From Felis catus (Eukaryota), in contig NC_058368.1 of NCBI RefSeq assembly GCF_018350175.1, positions 74,154,001-74,218,000 of the forward strand: a stretch of DNA of 64,000 nt, in the 5' to 3' direction. Made by a program: the position numbers and the translations under genes. Under the pieces are notes generated by a model. That model had not been told where the DNA came from and did no database searches. It saw only the letters and a list, made by a program, of their open reading frames with translations. Below, piece by piece: positions 12,857 through 25,614 of the stretch (position 1 is its first letter; each line of letters begins with the position of its first letter).

Positions 12857-13099
12857 GATTTCTTAGTTGGAGATTTTTGTAATAATTACATCTCAATATT
12901 GGGGACTGCTTGCCCTCTGTTAAAGAGTAATCTTTGTTTTCAATCTATTAGCCTGGAGATTTAAAAAATATTGTGTGAAATTCTGAAAATATGGATGTGG
13001 TATTTCTTTCTATTAAAAATACCGAGTAGAAAAATAAATATAATTAAATATAATGTGCAAATATAATATATAGGATGTATGCAATATACATTTGTATAT

Positions 13100-13245
13100 T
13101 TTGATTTTTATTGATTTATACTATGATCTATTTTCTTTTCTTTCTTCTGATTACTTTGGGTTTACCTTAATCCTCACTTTTCATTTCTTAAGGAGGAAGC
13201 TGAGGTCATTTGAGACATTTCGTTTTTCCTAATTTTGTTCTTTAG
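13100..13245 (-). mobile_element. Old L1M ORF2 fragment
   Basis: tttcttctgattactttgggttta...tttcttaaggaggaagctgaggtcatt motif. Confidence 0.6.
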
Positions 13246-13269
13246 TATTGATCGATCTCGTATTGCTAT

Positions 13270-13650
13270 TAGATGAGCTACAATAGGGTGACTGTCCTGG
13301 TTTATCTGGGGAAGCTCACTCTAACCACATGAGCTCTGAAAAGAAGAAGGAGGAGGCAGAAGAATAGCCAAGAAACGTGAGATGCACGTGACACAGTTTC
13401 TGGATTTGAAGATGGCTGGAGAAACCAGCAGCCAAGAAATAAGAGCAGCTTCTAGAAGCCCGAAAAGGCAAGGAAACAGATTCCTGAAAACTTCCCGAAG
13501 GAAAGCAGCCCTTCCAACACCTGGATTTTAACCCAGTGAAAAGTGGGTTGGTCCCCTGATGGACAAAACTATGCGATAACAATACAGCACGTTCAGTGAG
13601 TCACTGAGTCTGTGTCATTCATTATGACAACAGTCTGAAAGCTAAGGAAA
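13270..13650 (+). mobile_element. MaLR LTR (MLT1D-like)
   Basis: tttgaagatgg...tctagaagcccgaaaaggcaaggaaacagattc...aacacctggattttaacccagtga. Confidence 0.8.
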
Positions 13651-13659
13651 GCTAGCCAT

Positions 13660-14630
13660 CAGGTTTACTAACCTTTTCCTTTGCCGTATTTAATCTGCCA
13701 TTAGTCTCAAGCACAGCGGTTTTCTTCCCAGACATTGCCATTTCTACCTCAGAAATTCAAGTTCGGTCTTTTTATATCCCCATGAGCCTGCCGAAATGTT
13801 TATTCTTTCCTCTACCATTTGAGATGTGGCGATACAAGCTGTTTAATGTTCTTGTCTACCAATTCTGTTATTTCTGTTGTTCCTGGATCTGTTTCAATGG
13901 ACTGACTTTTTACCTCATTATAGGTGATCCTTTCTTACCTTTTTATGTACTCTGTAATTTCTGAATGGATGCTGAACAAGAGGAACATTCTGTGCTTCTG
14001 CACGTATTTTTATGCTGCAAGTACTCTTGAGCTCGGTACTAGACAGGGTTATGTCCGTTGAGAAATCTTGGTTCTTTTATATCTTTCTTTAAGGATTTGT
14101 TACATAGAACCAGATCTTCATTTTCTGTGGAATTAACTCCTCTTCTGGGGCAAAATCCTTCTCAGGACTCTCATCAATTCCCTCCAACTAGCACTTATTC
14201 TTCTGACCGTCCAGGAACTGTTCCCGTTGATTCTTCCATGTTTCAGGGATTTTCCTCTTGTCATGTGCACGTGCTGATCAACAGTGGTCAACCTAACTGT
14301 TGAGGAAGGCCCTCTGCAGAACTCTGGAGTTTTCTCCCTGTGCAACTTTCTCCTGTCCTGCTGTCCTGAGAAGTCTGTCTGCCCTGCTTCTGCTGGACTC
14401 CCCCTACCGGCTCCTTGACTCCTGGTTCTGACCGTGTCTCCCTTCCTCACACTGTGGGCTGGAAACTTCCTCCAAGAAGCAAGTGGGACCAGTCTCCCGG
14501 CTCGCCTCGTCTACTTCCCCATTTCTTATTTCTTAGAAATCTCTGCCCTGCCTTCTCTAGCATCTAAAGCCTTGAGGGCTGTTTTTTCATGTGTTTTGCT
14601 TTAATATTTGGTTGTCTCAAGTGGGAGGGT
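13660..14630 (-). mobile_element. Old L1M 5'/ORF1-region fragment
   Basis: T-rich antisense L1M-like sequence (e.g. ccctctgcagaactctggagttttctc); subfamily uncertain. Confidence 0.55.
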
Positions 14631-15014
14631 AAGTCTTCCTGATTGCAAGCAGAGTGCTCCCTTGAAAATCTGGTGTGCATCTTTTCAAGCTATTTTCTAC
14701 ATACATATACTTCTACCTATGCATTTTTGCTTTTCAAATTACTCTTTACACATAAAATATAATAAGCATATTTTCTTATTTTTAAAAGTTCTTTATATAT
14801 TCTTTCTTTTGGAGATGAATATCTTTGTTCATAACTTCTTTTTGTACATCTCTGATTATTCTCTTAGGATAAGTTGTGACTGAGTTAATATTTTTAATGC
14901 ATCGGCACATGTGGTCGAATTAGCCCTACCAACATATATATGTCTCTTCTTTTCTATACCAATTGTGAAAATCAGTTTTGTTTTTAATTGTCTGAGACAA
15001 ACATTGACTTCAGT

Positions 15015-15236
15015 CTTCTTTTTTAATTTTTTTAAAATGCTTTTTTTTATTTTTGAGAGAGAGACAGATTGTGAGTTGGGGAGGGGCTGAGAGAGAGGGA
15101 GACGCAGAATCCGAAGCAGGCTCTAGGCCCTGAGCCGTCAGCACAGAGCCCGACGTGGGGCTTGAACCCATGAGCTGCGAGATCATGACCTGAGCCGAAG
15201 TCAGACGCTCAACTGACTGAGCCACCCAGGTGCCCC
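15015..15236 (-). mobile_element. CanSINE
   Basis: Full body; flanking acttcagt repeat. Confidence 0.95.
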
Positions 15237-15431
15237 TACTTCAGTGTTTTTTTTTTAAATCAGACAGTTTTTGCTTTAGTATGATACATTAAAAGCCTTA
15301 AGTTCAAAGTTATTTAGATACAGCAGCAATGATCACAGCACATTGGTCCGCTTAGACTTCAAGGAGTTCCAAAGCTTTTTATTAGGTATGGAAAAGAAAC
15401 GATACATATAGTTAAGAAGCTAAAAATAAAA

Positions 15432-15585
15432 AGGATTAAGGGTACACTTATCCTGATGAACACTGAGTAATGTGTAGAATTGTTGAATCACTATCATGTA
15501 TACCTGAAACTAACATAACACTGTATGCTCATTACACTTTAATAAAAATAAGTTTTAAAATTTAAAAACAGAAAAGAAAAAAAAA
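15432..15585 (+). mobile_element. L1 3' end (carnivore-type), 5'-truncated
   Basis: gatgaacactgagtaatgtgtagaattgttgaatcacta...cctgaaactaacataacactgtatg plus A-rich tail. Confidence 0.85.
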
Positions 15586-17249
15586 TCTAGTTATGTTGAC
15601 GGTGTATTTTACTTTGATCATATTTTTACCTATCATTCTCATTTTCAACATTTTCAGCAAACTTCATTTTTAATTTGAAGTTTTAAAAATGTTATCAAGA
15701 TGAAACTTAAAATTATGTGCATGGGTACTTCTTCGTGAATTGTCTGTTTGGTTCCTCACTTGCTTTTGTTGGTTGTCTCATTCCTTTTTTAATGGTTTGT
15801 CAGATTTCTTTTTGTTTTAAGCAGAATACACTGTGTACTCTTTAAATGATATACCAAATCTGGTTTTAATTTTTGCATTTTAAGCAACTATTTCTTCTAA
15901 AAAACATTGTTAGCTCTATCAACTCTTTCTTTATGTTCAAGCCTTTGCTCATAATGTCACTTGATATTTTCCATCAGATGGGTAGATGTGCACTTATTAC
16001 TAATTTGTATTTTTATTTTCTTTTAACTGTAATTTTACACTCACCGCTATAATTCATTGAAACTTGTGTTTTGATATATCGCGTAGGGTGATCTAACTTT
16101 ATTTATTTTGATGTGACTAATCAATGGTTCCTCTACATTTTAATATAATCAATTATATTATACTTACGTGTGTCTAATTTGAGTAACTACGCATACATAC
16201 TTGTAATTTACTAGAATTGCATATGATATCAATATCAAGGAATAAATTTTAAGTCAGCAAAATAATAGTAGTATCTAGCACAGGTAGAGAAAAGCATATA
16301 GACTTTTCCTCAATTCATGGAGATGAATTGTTATATTTATATGTTACACTGACACATCATATAAAGCTTTTGCGATGAACTTTGTATTGCTGTTGATAAC
16401 TGGAAACAGTATGCGACTGTTTTCATTACAATCTCTTAGGATTAGTGACAACACCCCCCACCCCCGCCCCGACAGATTTAACGATGCGGAGAAGCGAAAT
16501 ACCTCATTTGTACACTTCATATACATTATTAATCGTTGACTCAAAAAACAAGGTTGTTCTTATTGAAATAATTACATATCAAAGTAGGCCTAATTTAGGG
16601 TTAAGAGTAGGATTGCAATGTAATTGGTTTGCATTCTCATGGGTGTTATTTTATGCATTCCAAAATAATGTTTGTGATGAGGTTCATAGAATTTGCCAGA
16701 CTTCCAAAGGAATCTATGGCCCCAAAATGATAATAATAAAGCTTGGTACATATAGAGTATTTTGCCCCTTCCCCCTTCCTTGCTCCCTGACTCCTCCTGG
16801 CTAATACCACAGAAATGAAGAGATCGAAACAACACAGTGGTGTTTCATTGGACTATCAGGTGTCAGTGGTCCATTGACTCCTGCCAATGGATGGTGTGTT
16901 TTGGTATTTGTTTTCAAGTTTCCTAACTGGTGTTAAATCCTTGGGGATTTTTGTATGAACTCGTACATGATTTTGTGTCCATGTGTTTGTGTTTGGACTG
17001 CCTGCTTGAGGACTGACATTGGATCATTTCTTTTTCCCATTCTGAGAGCATTTCAAATATGACAAAATATAGTAGAATCATTGTGATGAATTCACAGTTA
17101 CATTTTAAACACATACACTGTGTATAGCGATGTTTCTTATGATGGGCACAGAGTATAAATCTTTAGGCTCTTCTTTTTTCACCCTTTTACTTTCTAGTGA
17201 AACTCCCACCTTCTATTGTTGACGTATTTCAATGACTTATTGGTTCACT

Positions 17250-17770
17250 ACTTTCTTCAACGAATATTTCTTCATTGTCTACTACAAGCCAGGTAGTCTA
17301 TTTTAGGTACTGGATGTAAAATCATAATTAAGAAACAGATGTTGTGCTTGGGAAGTACAATGTCGTCTGGGAGACAAACCAAGGGATACGAGATTACAGC
17401 ACTTCACTGCTATGTTATGATGTAAGTTGGTAGCCGGTTGTCGCTGGCTACTCGATATGGGTGTTTCCTCCTTCCTCATGGCATTAGGAAAGCTTGCTCG
17501 AAGAAATGACATTTAAGTTGATTTCTCAATAATGGGGCAGTTGAGTATGGACAGGTAGGGGTATGGACAAGTCATTCCAAGGTGAGAAAACAACGTGTCC
17601 AAAGACACAGAGATGACAGAATACAGTTCGTGGTGGCAGCAAATATAGCCAGTGCCTGAGAGGTTGAGGAAGGGGAGTGATTACATGAGTTTCACAAGCA
17701 CAGGGCAAAGTCATGATGCTCTTGAGAGCCATTTAAGGGGGTATGCACTTTATTCTGATTGCAATGAATT
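17250..17770 (-). mobile_element. L2 fragment
   Basis: ttcaacgaatattt 3' end, gaaatgacatttaagttga, gtgtccaaagacacagag motifs. Confidence 0.65.
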
Positions 17771-18741
17771 TAAGGGTTGATTAACTGAAGATGCCAGTTG
17801 ATAACTGAAGATTCCGGTGTTGGTCTAAGTGAGCCAGGGAGGGAGTTGCAGCAGCAGGATGGGGGTAAACCTGGTCCGCGGAGCAGCAGGGCAGGTGGAG
17901 GGGGTCAGATTTCTCCTTGGCACTAAGAGAGCTTTGCAGCTGGACAGTCATCCTGGGAGCTCCTACAGAAGGAGAGGAAGAACCAAGCCTTAGAAGTGAC
18001 TCCTGGGTTCTTCGCAGGGATCACTAAATAGACAATATTGTAATTTATATAGCAAAGGAGATGCAGAACTTATGGGGAATGTGGGGATGAAGTAGGGATG
18101 ATGATGAGTTTGAATTCTTGAGATCAAAGTTGAAAAATTTTCGTTTTCCCCTTGTAACATGTTCACCCACTTCACACACGTAAGCTCCTGATTCACATAC
18201 AGCGTGAACGGAATTCCCAAAATTCACATTTTTCTCTAGGCTTTGAGATTTTTAAAGGGCCTTTTCCGCGAGAGTTAACTTTTATCATCAAAGTGTGTTC
18301 AATGGGAAAGATTTAACAATGTATATCAGTGCTTCTCCCCATTTGGTTTGTAAGGGGTCAAATGAAATACATAACCCCTTCTGCAGGGTAGCAAAACACT
18401 CCCTCTGGAGATCCTCAGATATATCTACGGTCATGGATGCTCAGGTCTGAATGGGACTCCAGAGATCATTTGGTCCAAATATTTACTTTACAGATGATGG
18501 AATCTTGAGAAGAGTTGAAAGCTCGGCCATCGGAGAGTTGTCATTTTATTGACCCGCTCTCAATTCATTTTCAATAATCCGAAGAGCACGCGTCATGATT
18601 GTCTTGTCCGCCACGCGGCCCAAGTGTTTGCCATTTCCTGCAATCAACTTTCTTCCTAACTGCAAATCCCACTTCTTGCTCTGTGTTTTGGTTCGGATTT
18701 ACTCCTTCCCTCTAAGATCCTGCTTCTTCCATTCCTCGAAC

Positions 18742-18960
18742 TCAGAGGCTAGGGGATTTTTCTTCCGTAAAAGGAAGATATTATATGTATTTGCTTTGCA
18801 GGCCATGTGGCCTCTGTCCTTAAACCTCAGCCACGCCATGTGGGGCATAAGCAGCCACAGACAATGCATACTTGCATTGAGTGTGGCTGTGTCCAGTAAC
18901 ACTCTACTTACAAAAGCAGGAGCAGGGGGAATTTGTCCCATGCACTAACTCCACAGAGAC
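18742..18960. mobile_element. MER58A-like hAT-Charlie element
   Basis: gctttgcaggccat...gcagccacagacaat...gagtgtggctgtgtccagtaa...acaaaagcagg. Confidence 0.75.
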
Positions 18961-20159
18961 CAAGAATATTATATCATCCCCTTTACCTTTTCTTATACTT
19001 CATTACAACCCACCCTGCCCTGTTTGCACACATAGCAACCCGGCCCGGTTTGCTCTCTAGCGCTTGCTGTTTTTGAGAATCTCACGTTGCGTCTGAGGTT
19101 CTGCACACAAAAATCACATCCATTCTGTCTTTCCTCAATCAGAGGGAGACTACACCTTGCCCCCGGCCTCCGTTTACTTTTCTCTACTGTGCAGCTTTTC
19201 TCTGGCTGAATAGTCACTTATTAAAGTCCTCCGTATGTTGGGTGAGTGTAGTTGAAGATGTGGAGGGTCTTGAGGATGAAAAGAATTCCTCGTTCCATCG
19301 TCCTCTTACGCAGACTGCTGACTGGTTGTGGCTCTGTGAGCTTTATTTGCACAACACGGTGCAATCTCTAACAACACAGCTTACCTTTAAGGTGTGACCG
19401 ATGTTCTGAGTGGATGGCAGCCCATTCTGCTTTTTGCCAAACTGGTGTATCTAACGGTGCTTTTTCTTAAAAGTCTCGGGCTGTTTCTTAGTCTTTATTG
19501 GAGCTGCGCTTCAGAGAACCCAAGGCACTGTTTCTCTGCCATCTTTGCTTCTCATTCCAACACTCCATTGCCTCATTTCAAAGCTACGTGATGTCTGAGC
19601 ACTCTTCTCACTATAGAACCTTCTTGGATAGTGGTCACCCCTTTAAACTGTGTCTTCTTCTTAATATCAGTTTGACAGAAACTTTCATTTATATACCCCT
19701 TTACAGACAACACTGGAAAACACATTTCATCGTATGAAAGATTTCTGGAAACCTGTAAACTCAGCGGGCATACTACTTTCTTCACGTCTTAGTGAATAAA
19801 GCTGAGACAGAAAGGTCAAGTGACGTGATCAGTGTCACAGTGAGTTAATCATGTAGTTGCGGGGAAATTCAAGTGTCTTTTTTCCTTTAGTTTTAAATAT
19901 AGTATTCTTTCCAACGCACACACAGTCTTATATAGGATGAAAGTATGTATTGATGGAAAAACTGCATTCATCCAAAGGAAATAGGAAATGAGACATGGAA
20001 GTGATATAATCTGCAGAAACCTTTATTAGAGAGCATAGAATAGAAAATGATGAAACTTCTACCTGCTACAGTGTGGGAAATAGCAAGGTAAAGGCTGAGA
20101 CTTAGGAAGTCTTACTATGAACCTCTTTAATTAGTATAGTGTAGCTTATGAAACACATT

Positions 20160-20274
20160 TGCAGGTATTTCAAGAGATGACAAATAATTTTGATCAGAAT
20201 AAAAACAAAATGCTAATAAAATGCAGGTATTTCAAGAGATGACAAATAATTTTGACCAGAATAAAAACAAATGC
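20160..20274 (+). repeat. ~54-bp direct duplication abutting the 5' end of a truncated SINE
   Basis: tgcaggtatttcaagagatgacaaataattttga[t/c]cagaataaaaacaaa(a)tgc at 20160-20213 and 20222-20274. Confidence 0.95.
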
Positions 20275-20457
20275 CAGCTTTGGCTCAGGTCATGATCTCA
20301 TAGTTCATGAGTTCAAGCCCCGCATCAGGCTTTCCGCTGTCAGCAGGGAGCCTGCTTTGGATCCTCTGTCCCTTCTCTCTCTGCCGCTCCCCCCCTCTGT
20401 CCGCCCTCTCGTGCGTGCTCTCTCTCTCTCTCTCTCTCAAAAATAAATGAATAGATA
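20275..20457 (+). mobile_element. 5'-truncated CanSINE
   Basis: Begins at ctttggctcaggtcatg (head and A box missing); (CT)n and A tail. Confidence 0.93.
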
Positions 20458-20956
20458 AAAATGCTAAATGTCAAGGAGGTTTGTGCCCCTTTTTATCAAG
20501 CATCTATAAATTCTCTTTCTGGTTTTTGACTAATAAAACTGGCAGTATTAACATAGGAGCTTATAAAGAGATTTAAAAATTTAATAGAACCATCATCAGT
20601 GATTCACACGTTACAAAGAAAAGTGTGAGAAAACCTTAATATTTTAAGAAACTTGAAAGATTGCAAGGTTTCACCTTAGGAAGGTTTTCTTGTTCTCCTT
20701 CTCATCACATTCTGGCTATTCTCTCAGGAAGCCTGAATTCACTAAAATAATATTATCTCCTGAATGTTAGTGATTTCCAAATCTCTCTCTCCAAACTTGT
20801 ACGCTCGTTGGACCCTGACTCTTGATTCCACCTGCCTGCTGGGCACAGTCACTGCCATTTGCTGTAGGCATCTCAAGTTCAGCGTGTTGAAAGCGGAAGC
20901 CATTCTCCAAGTCGCCGGCTTAAACCTTCTCATTCACCTGTTAAGAGTGTCGCCTT

Positions 20957-21400
20957 CTGTTGTACATTGCATGGTGCCCGTTCAGGTGCCCCCTGTTCAG
21001 GTGCGCCAGAACTTTAGATGTGACCTTGCTTGGAAACAGAGTCTTTCAGATGTGATTAGGTGAGATGAGTCATGCTGGATTAGGATGGGACCCGTATCTG
21101 ATGATTTGACTCCTCGTAAGAAGGCCACACTTTGGAAGAACACAGATGGAACGCCAGGTGAAGACAGAGGCACAGATTGGAGGGCTGGGTCTAAAGCCAA
21201 GGGATGCCAAGGATACTGGCAACCACCAGAAGTTGGGAGACAGGCATGGGGCAGATTCTTCCTCAGAGTCTCCAGAAGGAGCGGATCTTGCCAACTTCAG
21301 ATTTGGTTTTGGACTTCTCCAGGAACGTGAGGTAAACTTCCATTGTTCTGAGCAACTCAGTTTGTGGTGATTTGTTACGTGAACCCCAGGAACCTGATGC
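20957..21400 (+). mobile_element. MaLR LTR (MLT1B/C-like)
   Basis: atgtgaccttgcttggaaacagagtcttt...aagccaagggatgccaagga...gcaaccaccagaag...tttgtggtgatttgttac. Confidence 0.85.
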
Positions 21401-21806
21401 GATATCTGGTCTGCTTCCCACTGCAGAATGGGAAGCTTCCCACTCGACAGGAGAAGCATCGCACATCCTTTTATATCCTACTTCAGACACACCTCTTGAG
21501 TAAGTTCTTCTTTGTGCCTCTATTGCCACGGACTTGGCAACTGTCTGTTACTTAAAGGTCCTTACTTGCCCAGGCCATTATTTATTCTGCTGAAACCATC
21601 ACCATCTTCCTCAAACAAAAAAAATGGATCATGTGCATTTTTTTACCTAAAAACATTTACGTTTCTGATATGCGTTGCACTGAGGAGTTACTATGTGCCT
21701 GTCACTGTGCTACAGACTTTTCAGGTATTAAAGCATTGAAGTTAAACAAACCTGAGTAGTATTTGCTGTGAGTATCATCATTCATGTCAAAAAAAATTAT
21801 TTTGGG

Positions 21807-21983
21807 GGGGCACCTGGGTGGCTTAGCCGATTAAGCATCTGACTTTGGCTCAGGTCATGATCTCACGGTTGGTGAGTTTGAGCCCCACGCGGGGCTCTGT
21901 GCTGACAGTTAAGAGCTTGCTTGGGATTCTCTCCCCCTCTCTTTCTGCCCCTCCCCCACTTGCATTCTCTATCTCCCTTGCCT
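21807..21983 (+). mobile_element. CanSINE lacking an A tail
   Basis: ggggcacctgggtggct head; runs directly into the T tract of an opposite-strand SINE. Confidence 0.9.
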
Positions 21984-21985
21984 TC

Positions 21986-22153
21986 TTTTTTTTTTTTTTT
22001 TTAGAGAGAGAGAGAGAGAAGGAGAGAGAGAGAATAGGTGAGAGGGGCGGGGGGGGGGGTAGAGAGAGAGAATCTTAAGCAGGCTCCATGCTTAGCACAT
22101 GCAGGGCTCTGTCCCATGACCATGAGATCATGACCGAGCCACCCAGGTGCCCC
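21986..22153 (-). mobile_element. CanSINE with internal deletion, inside a MIR remnant
   Basis: gagatcatgaccgagccacccaggtgcccc; MIR-like flank ttttaaagatgagg...tgcccaaagtgac. Confidence 0.88.
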
Positions 22154-23113
22154 ATCATTCACATTTTAAAGATGAGGTAAATGGAACATTGGAGGATTAA
22201 TCTGCCCAAAGTGACCCCATTCGCGAGCACCTCGGACAGGAATAATGCGCAGGCTTCCCAGCCGCAGAACCTGCCCACTCCCCACCACTAAGCTCTCCAG
22301 CTGCTCCTTATCTCTAAGTTTCTCCCAGACCACACGGCCTTTGAAAGGGACTATTAGAAAAAAAAAATGCAGATCAAATGTTGCTACCTTTCAGGTCTAT
22401 TTTGTTTACTGGTCTAACTTTGGCTTTTAGCCCAGGGATCAGCTCTTTGAAGGGACATATTTTATATTGTTTGAAAGAATAAGTGATGGCCACTGCCGGG
22501 TTCTTCCCCCGATGCCTCAGACAGAGCTGGTGAATTCGTTCTTTTCATTCCCAGATCGCTTTGTGCTTATCTCCGTAATGTATGCGTTTCATTATTCTCC
22601 ACCCTTCTCTATTAGACTGGTTGTGATAAGGGCAGGGGGGGTTATGTCTCATCCCTCTGTTTATTCAAGAACATAGGAAGTTGTTAATGATATCAATTAA
22701 ATGAATTCAGTTAATAAATGTAAATATAATAAATAGAAAAATCTCAGAACGTGTTATTCAAATATGGCATTAAGTAAGCTTATATTATCACTCACTTAAG
22801 TATAGTTTTTTTTTTCTGTTATTGCATTGTTCTGTATCTTTGCCCATGAGGGTTATTATTTATTTCTATTTATATATTTATCTTCTCTATTAGGCTGAAT
22901 TTCTTGGGGGCAAGCTTCATGTCTTACTATATGTCTACAACCTAACACATAGTCCAAACTTTGTATCTATTTACTGAAGACATGAATTCTTTATTTCTTT
23001 ATCTTTTAAAGGTCTACCTTATTTGCAGTCTCTCGCCTCAAATACATGATACATTAGTTGGAAGACCATGCAAATACAAGACACTTAAATGTCACTAAAT
23101 GTATTACATAAGT

Positions 23114-23115
<2 letters not shown>

Positions 23116-23157
<42 letters not shown>
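23116..23157. repeat. (TG)n microsatellite
   Basis: Direct. Confidence 0.95.
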
Positions 23158-23158
<1 letters not shown>

Positions 23159-23339
23159 GGGAGGGGGAGCAATAAGTAAAATAACCTGTCTATTGTAGAA
23201 AACAAGAGCTCAAAAAAACCAGAGGCAATTGTGGATTACATGGTCTGAGGCATGTTTAGATAGGCGGTAACATTTCTGTTGAACATAGAGGGATAGATGA
23301 ACTTTGCTCTCAGGAAGAGGAAGAAGAAAGGACTGTACA

Positions 23340-24340
23340 AGGGAATTTAATTTCTTTTTGTTCTAAGTTCGCTGAGAAGATTTTAATCATCAATATGCAT
23401 TTATTCTCATCAAATATTTTTTTACGAACTTGAGGTGACCATAGTTTTTCCCTTTAAGGTGTCAACCTAAATAAAATGACTTCATCATCATGGATTTTCC
23501 TTTAAATGTGACAGGAGGTTTTCTTTGTAAATATTACACTTAGGGTTTTTGTCTCTGACTACTGAGAAAGACTGTCTCATGATTTTCTCTTTTTGTAATG
23601 ATTTTGGCCAATTTGGGTTAACAAGTTTACGCTCTTCCTATGAAAGGAGCTGATATGTTTTCAATTTTTGTCTTCTTCTCTGGAAGAGTTTATGTAAAGT
23701 TGAATTACTACTCCTTCAATGTGAAGATGAATTCCTCAGGAAAGCAGTCTGGGCCTGACGTATTTTCACATGGAAGTCTTAATTAAAGATCCAAATTTTA
23801 AACAAAAGGATGATTATTTACAGTTCATTTTTTATTATTCTAGTTTTTGTATATTTTGTGGAAAAAATTTCCTCTCTTGTCTAAATTAGCAAATGTATTG
23901 ACATACAGTTGTGGATTATGTTTTTAAAAAATTTTTAAATGAATATTTCTTTTTGAGAGAGAGACAGAGCATGAGTGGGGGTGGGGGAAAGTAGAGAGAG
24001 AATCCGAAGCATGTTGCAGGCTCTGAGCTGTTAGCACAGAGCCTGATGCAGAGCTCGAACTCATGAACCATGAGATCATTTCCTGAACTGAAGTCGGATG
24101 TTTAACTGAGCCACCCAGGTGTCCCTACATTCTTTTTATATATTTGACATTTTAAGTATCTATAATGATTTTTCTTTTTCATTTGTATACCTGAAATCTT
24201 TTTTTAAATTTTTTTCCTTAAATCACACTGCTATGATTTTATCATTTTTTGTTGTTTTAGAGAACTATAATTTGTCATTTAAAAATTTTTCTACTGAATT
24301 TGGTTTTCCATTTAATAGACTGGTACTCTTACTTTTGTTG
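23340..24340 (-). mobile_element. Old L1M ORF2 fragment, interrupted by a SINE
   Basis: ctctggaagagtttatgtaaag...gaattcctcaggaaagcagtctgggcctga (antisense of the ORF2 PGPDG region). Confidence 0.65.
23921..24125 (-). mobile_element. CanSINE
   Basis: SINE body ending gagccacccaggtgtccc. Confidence 0.93.
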
Positions 24341-24406
24341 AGTATTTTGTACATCTGGTAACATTATACTTCAAAGCTTAAAGGGGCCAAGGGATCAATA
24401 CATTCT

Positions 24407-24617
24407 TTTTTATTTTTTTAAGTTTATTTATTTATTTTGAGAGAGAGAGAGAGCGCACACATGCAAGTGAAGGGGGGCAGAGAGAGAGGGAGAGAATCTC
24501 TCCTTATGGTAACAGCACAGAATCTGACATGGGGCTTGAACTCATGAACCATGAGATCATGACTTGAACTGAAATTGGGAGTCAGATACTTAACTGACTG
24601 AGCCACCCAGGCGCCCC
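24407..24617 (-). mobile_element. CanSINE
   Basis: TSD tcaa[t/c]acattct. Confidence 0.95.
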
Positions 24618-25294
24618 TCAACACATTCTGGATTATCAAATAATGATTATGTTAGATATAATTAAGTAAGCCAACTGGAAATTAAAATGTTTGGTTCAGA
24701 ATTTTGTTGCAGACATGGTGAAGGTGTAGAGATGACAGCTATCTGTGTGGCCACGTGACAGGGGCTGATGGGATGCACTAGCCTAGAATAGAGGGTCAAG
24801 TGAGCTAAGACAACAGACTGATCATAACAGACTGTGCTGGTCAGGTTGTCTTTCTGATTCTCGTATCACATCAAGCTCATAGTATAGGCAAGGACTGATC
24901 ACACTGGTCACTTTCTTCTCCATATAGTTTACAGAGTTTTACACAGAAGATGCTCCATGCATGCTCAAAAAATAACATAGTAAAAACATTTAACAAGCAT
25001 CTTCATTCCACTAAATCCTAAGGAAATTAAAGGCCTTCCCCAATTCACAGAGGCGATCATTTAAAGACCTGAGACTAAGGCCACAATCTTCTGAGAGCAG
25101 ATGCGTGCAGACATTGAATGCCAAAGCAGGACATGTGGACTGCGAGTTTGACAATGGTGGTGAAATATGAAGTGTTTTGGGAAATCAAGTTAGCATATCA
25201 TACATATTTTATTAATATCCCCTTTTCTTTATTGAGAGGACAGAAAAAATTAGAAGTAAGCAATAGAACATAGAAACATAATGCAATCATATTG

Positions 25295-25298
<4 letters not shown>

Positions 25299-25333
<35 letters not shown>
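25299..25333. repeat. (TG)n microsatellite
   Basis: Direct. Confidence 0.95.
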
Positions 25334-25335
<2 letters not shown>

Positions 25336-25429
25336 TTGTTTATTGAACTTGTTGTTCCTGAATCTTGGGTTTCTCAGTAGTTATCTACAAGGGGGTTTAC
25401 TTGCACTAATGGATGTTTATAGTTGTTTA

Positions 25430-25614
25430 TTTTTTTTATGTTTTATTTATTTTTGAGACAGAGAGTGCAGGGGAGGGGCAGAGAGAGAAGGGGGGGCAGA
25501 GGATCTGAAGTAACTCTGCCCTGACAGCAGGGAGCTGGATGCAGGGCTCGAACTCATGAACCAGGAGCTGAGTCAAAGTTGAACGCTCAACCAACTGAGC
25601 CACTGAGAAGCCCC
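25430..25614 (-). mobile_element. CanSINE (diverged)
   Basis: gggctcgaactcatgaacc...aaccaactgagccac; imperfect TSD tat[a/c]gtt[g/c]ttta. Confidence 0.9.
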
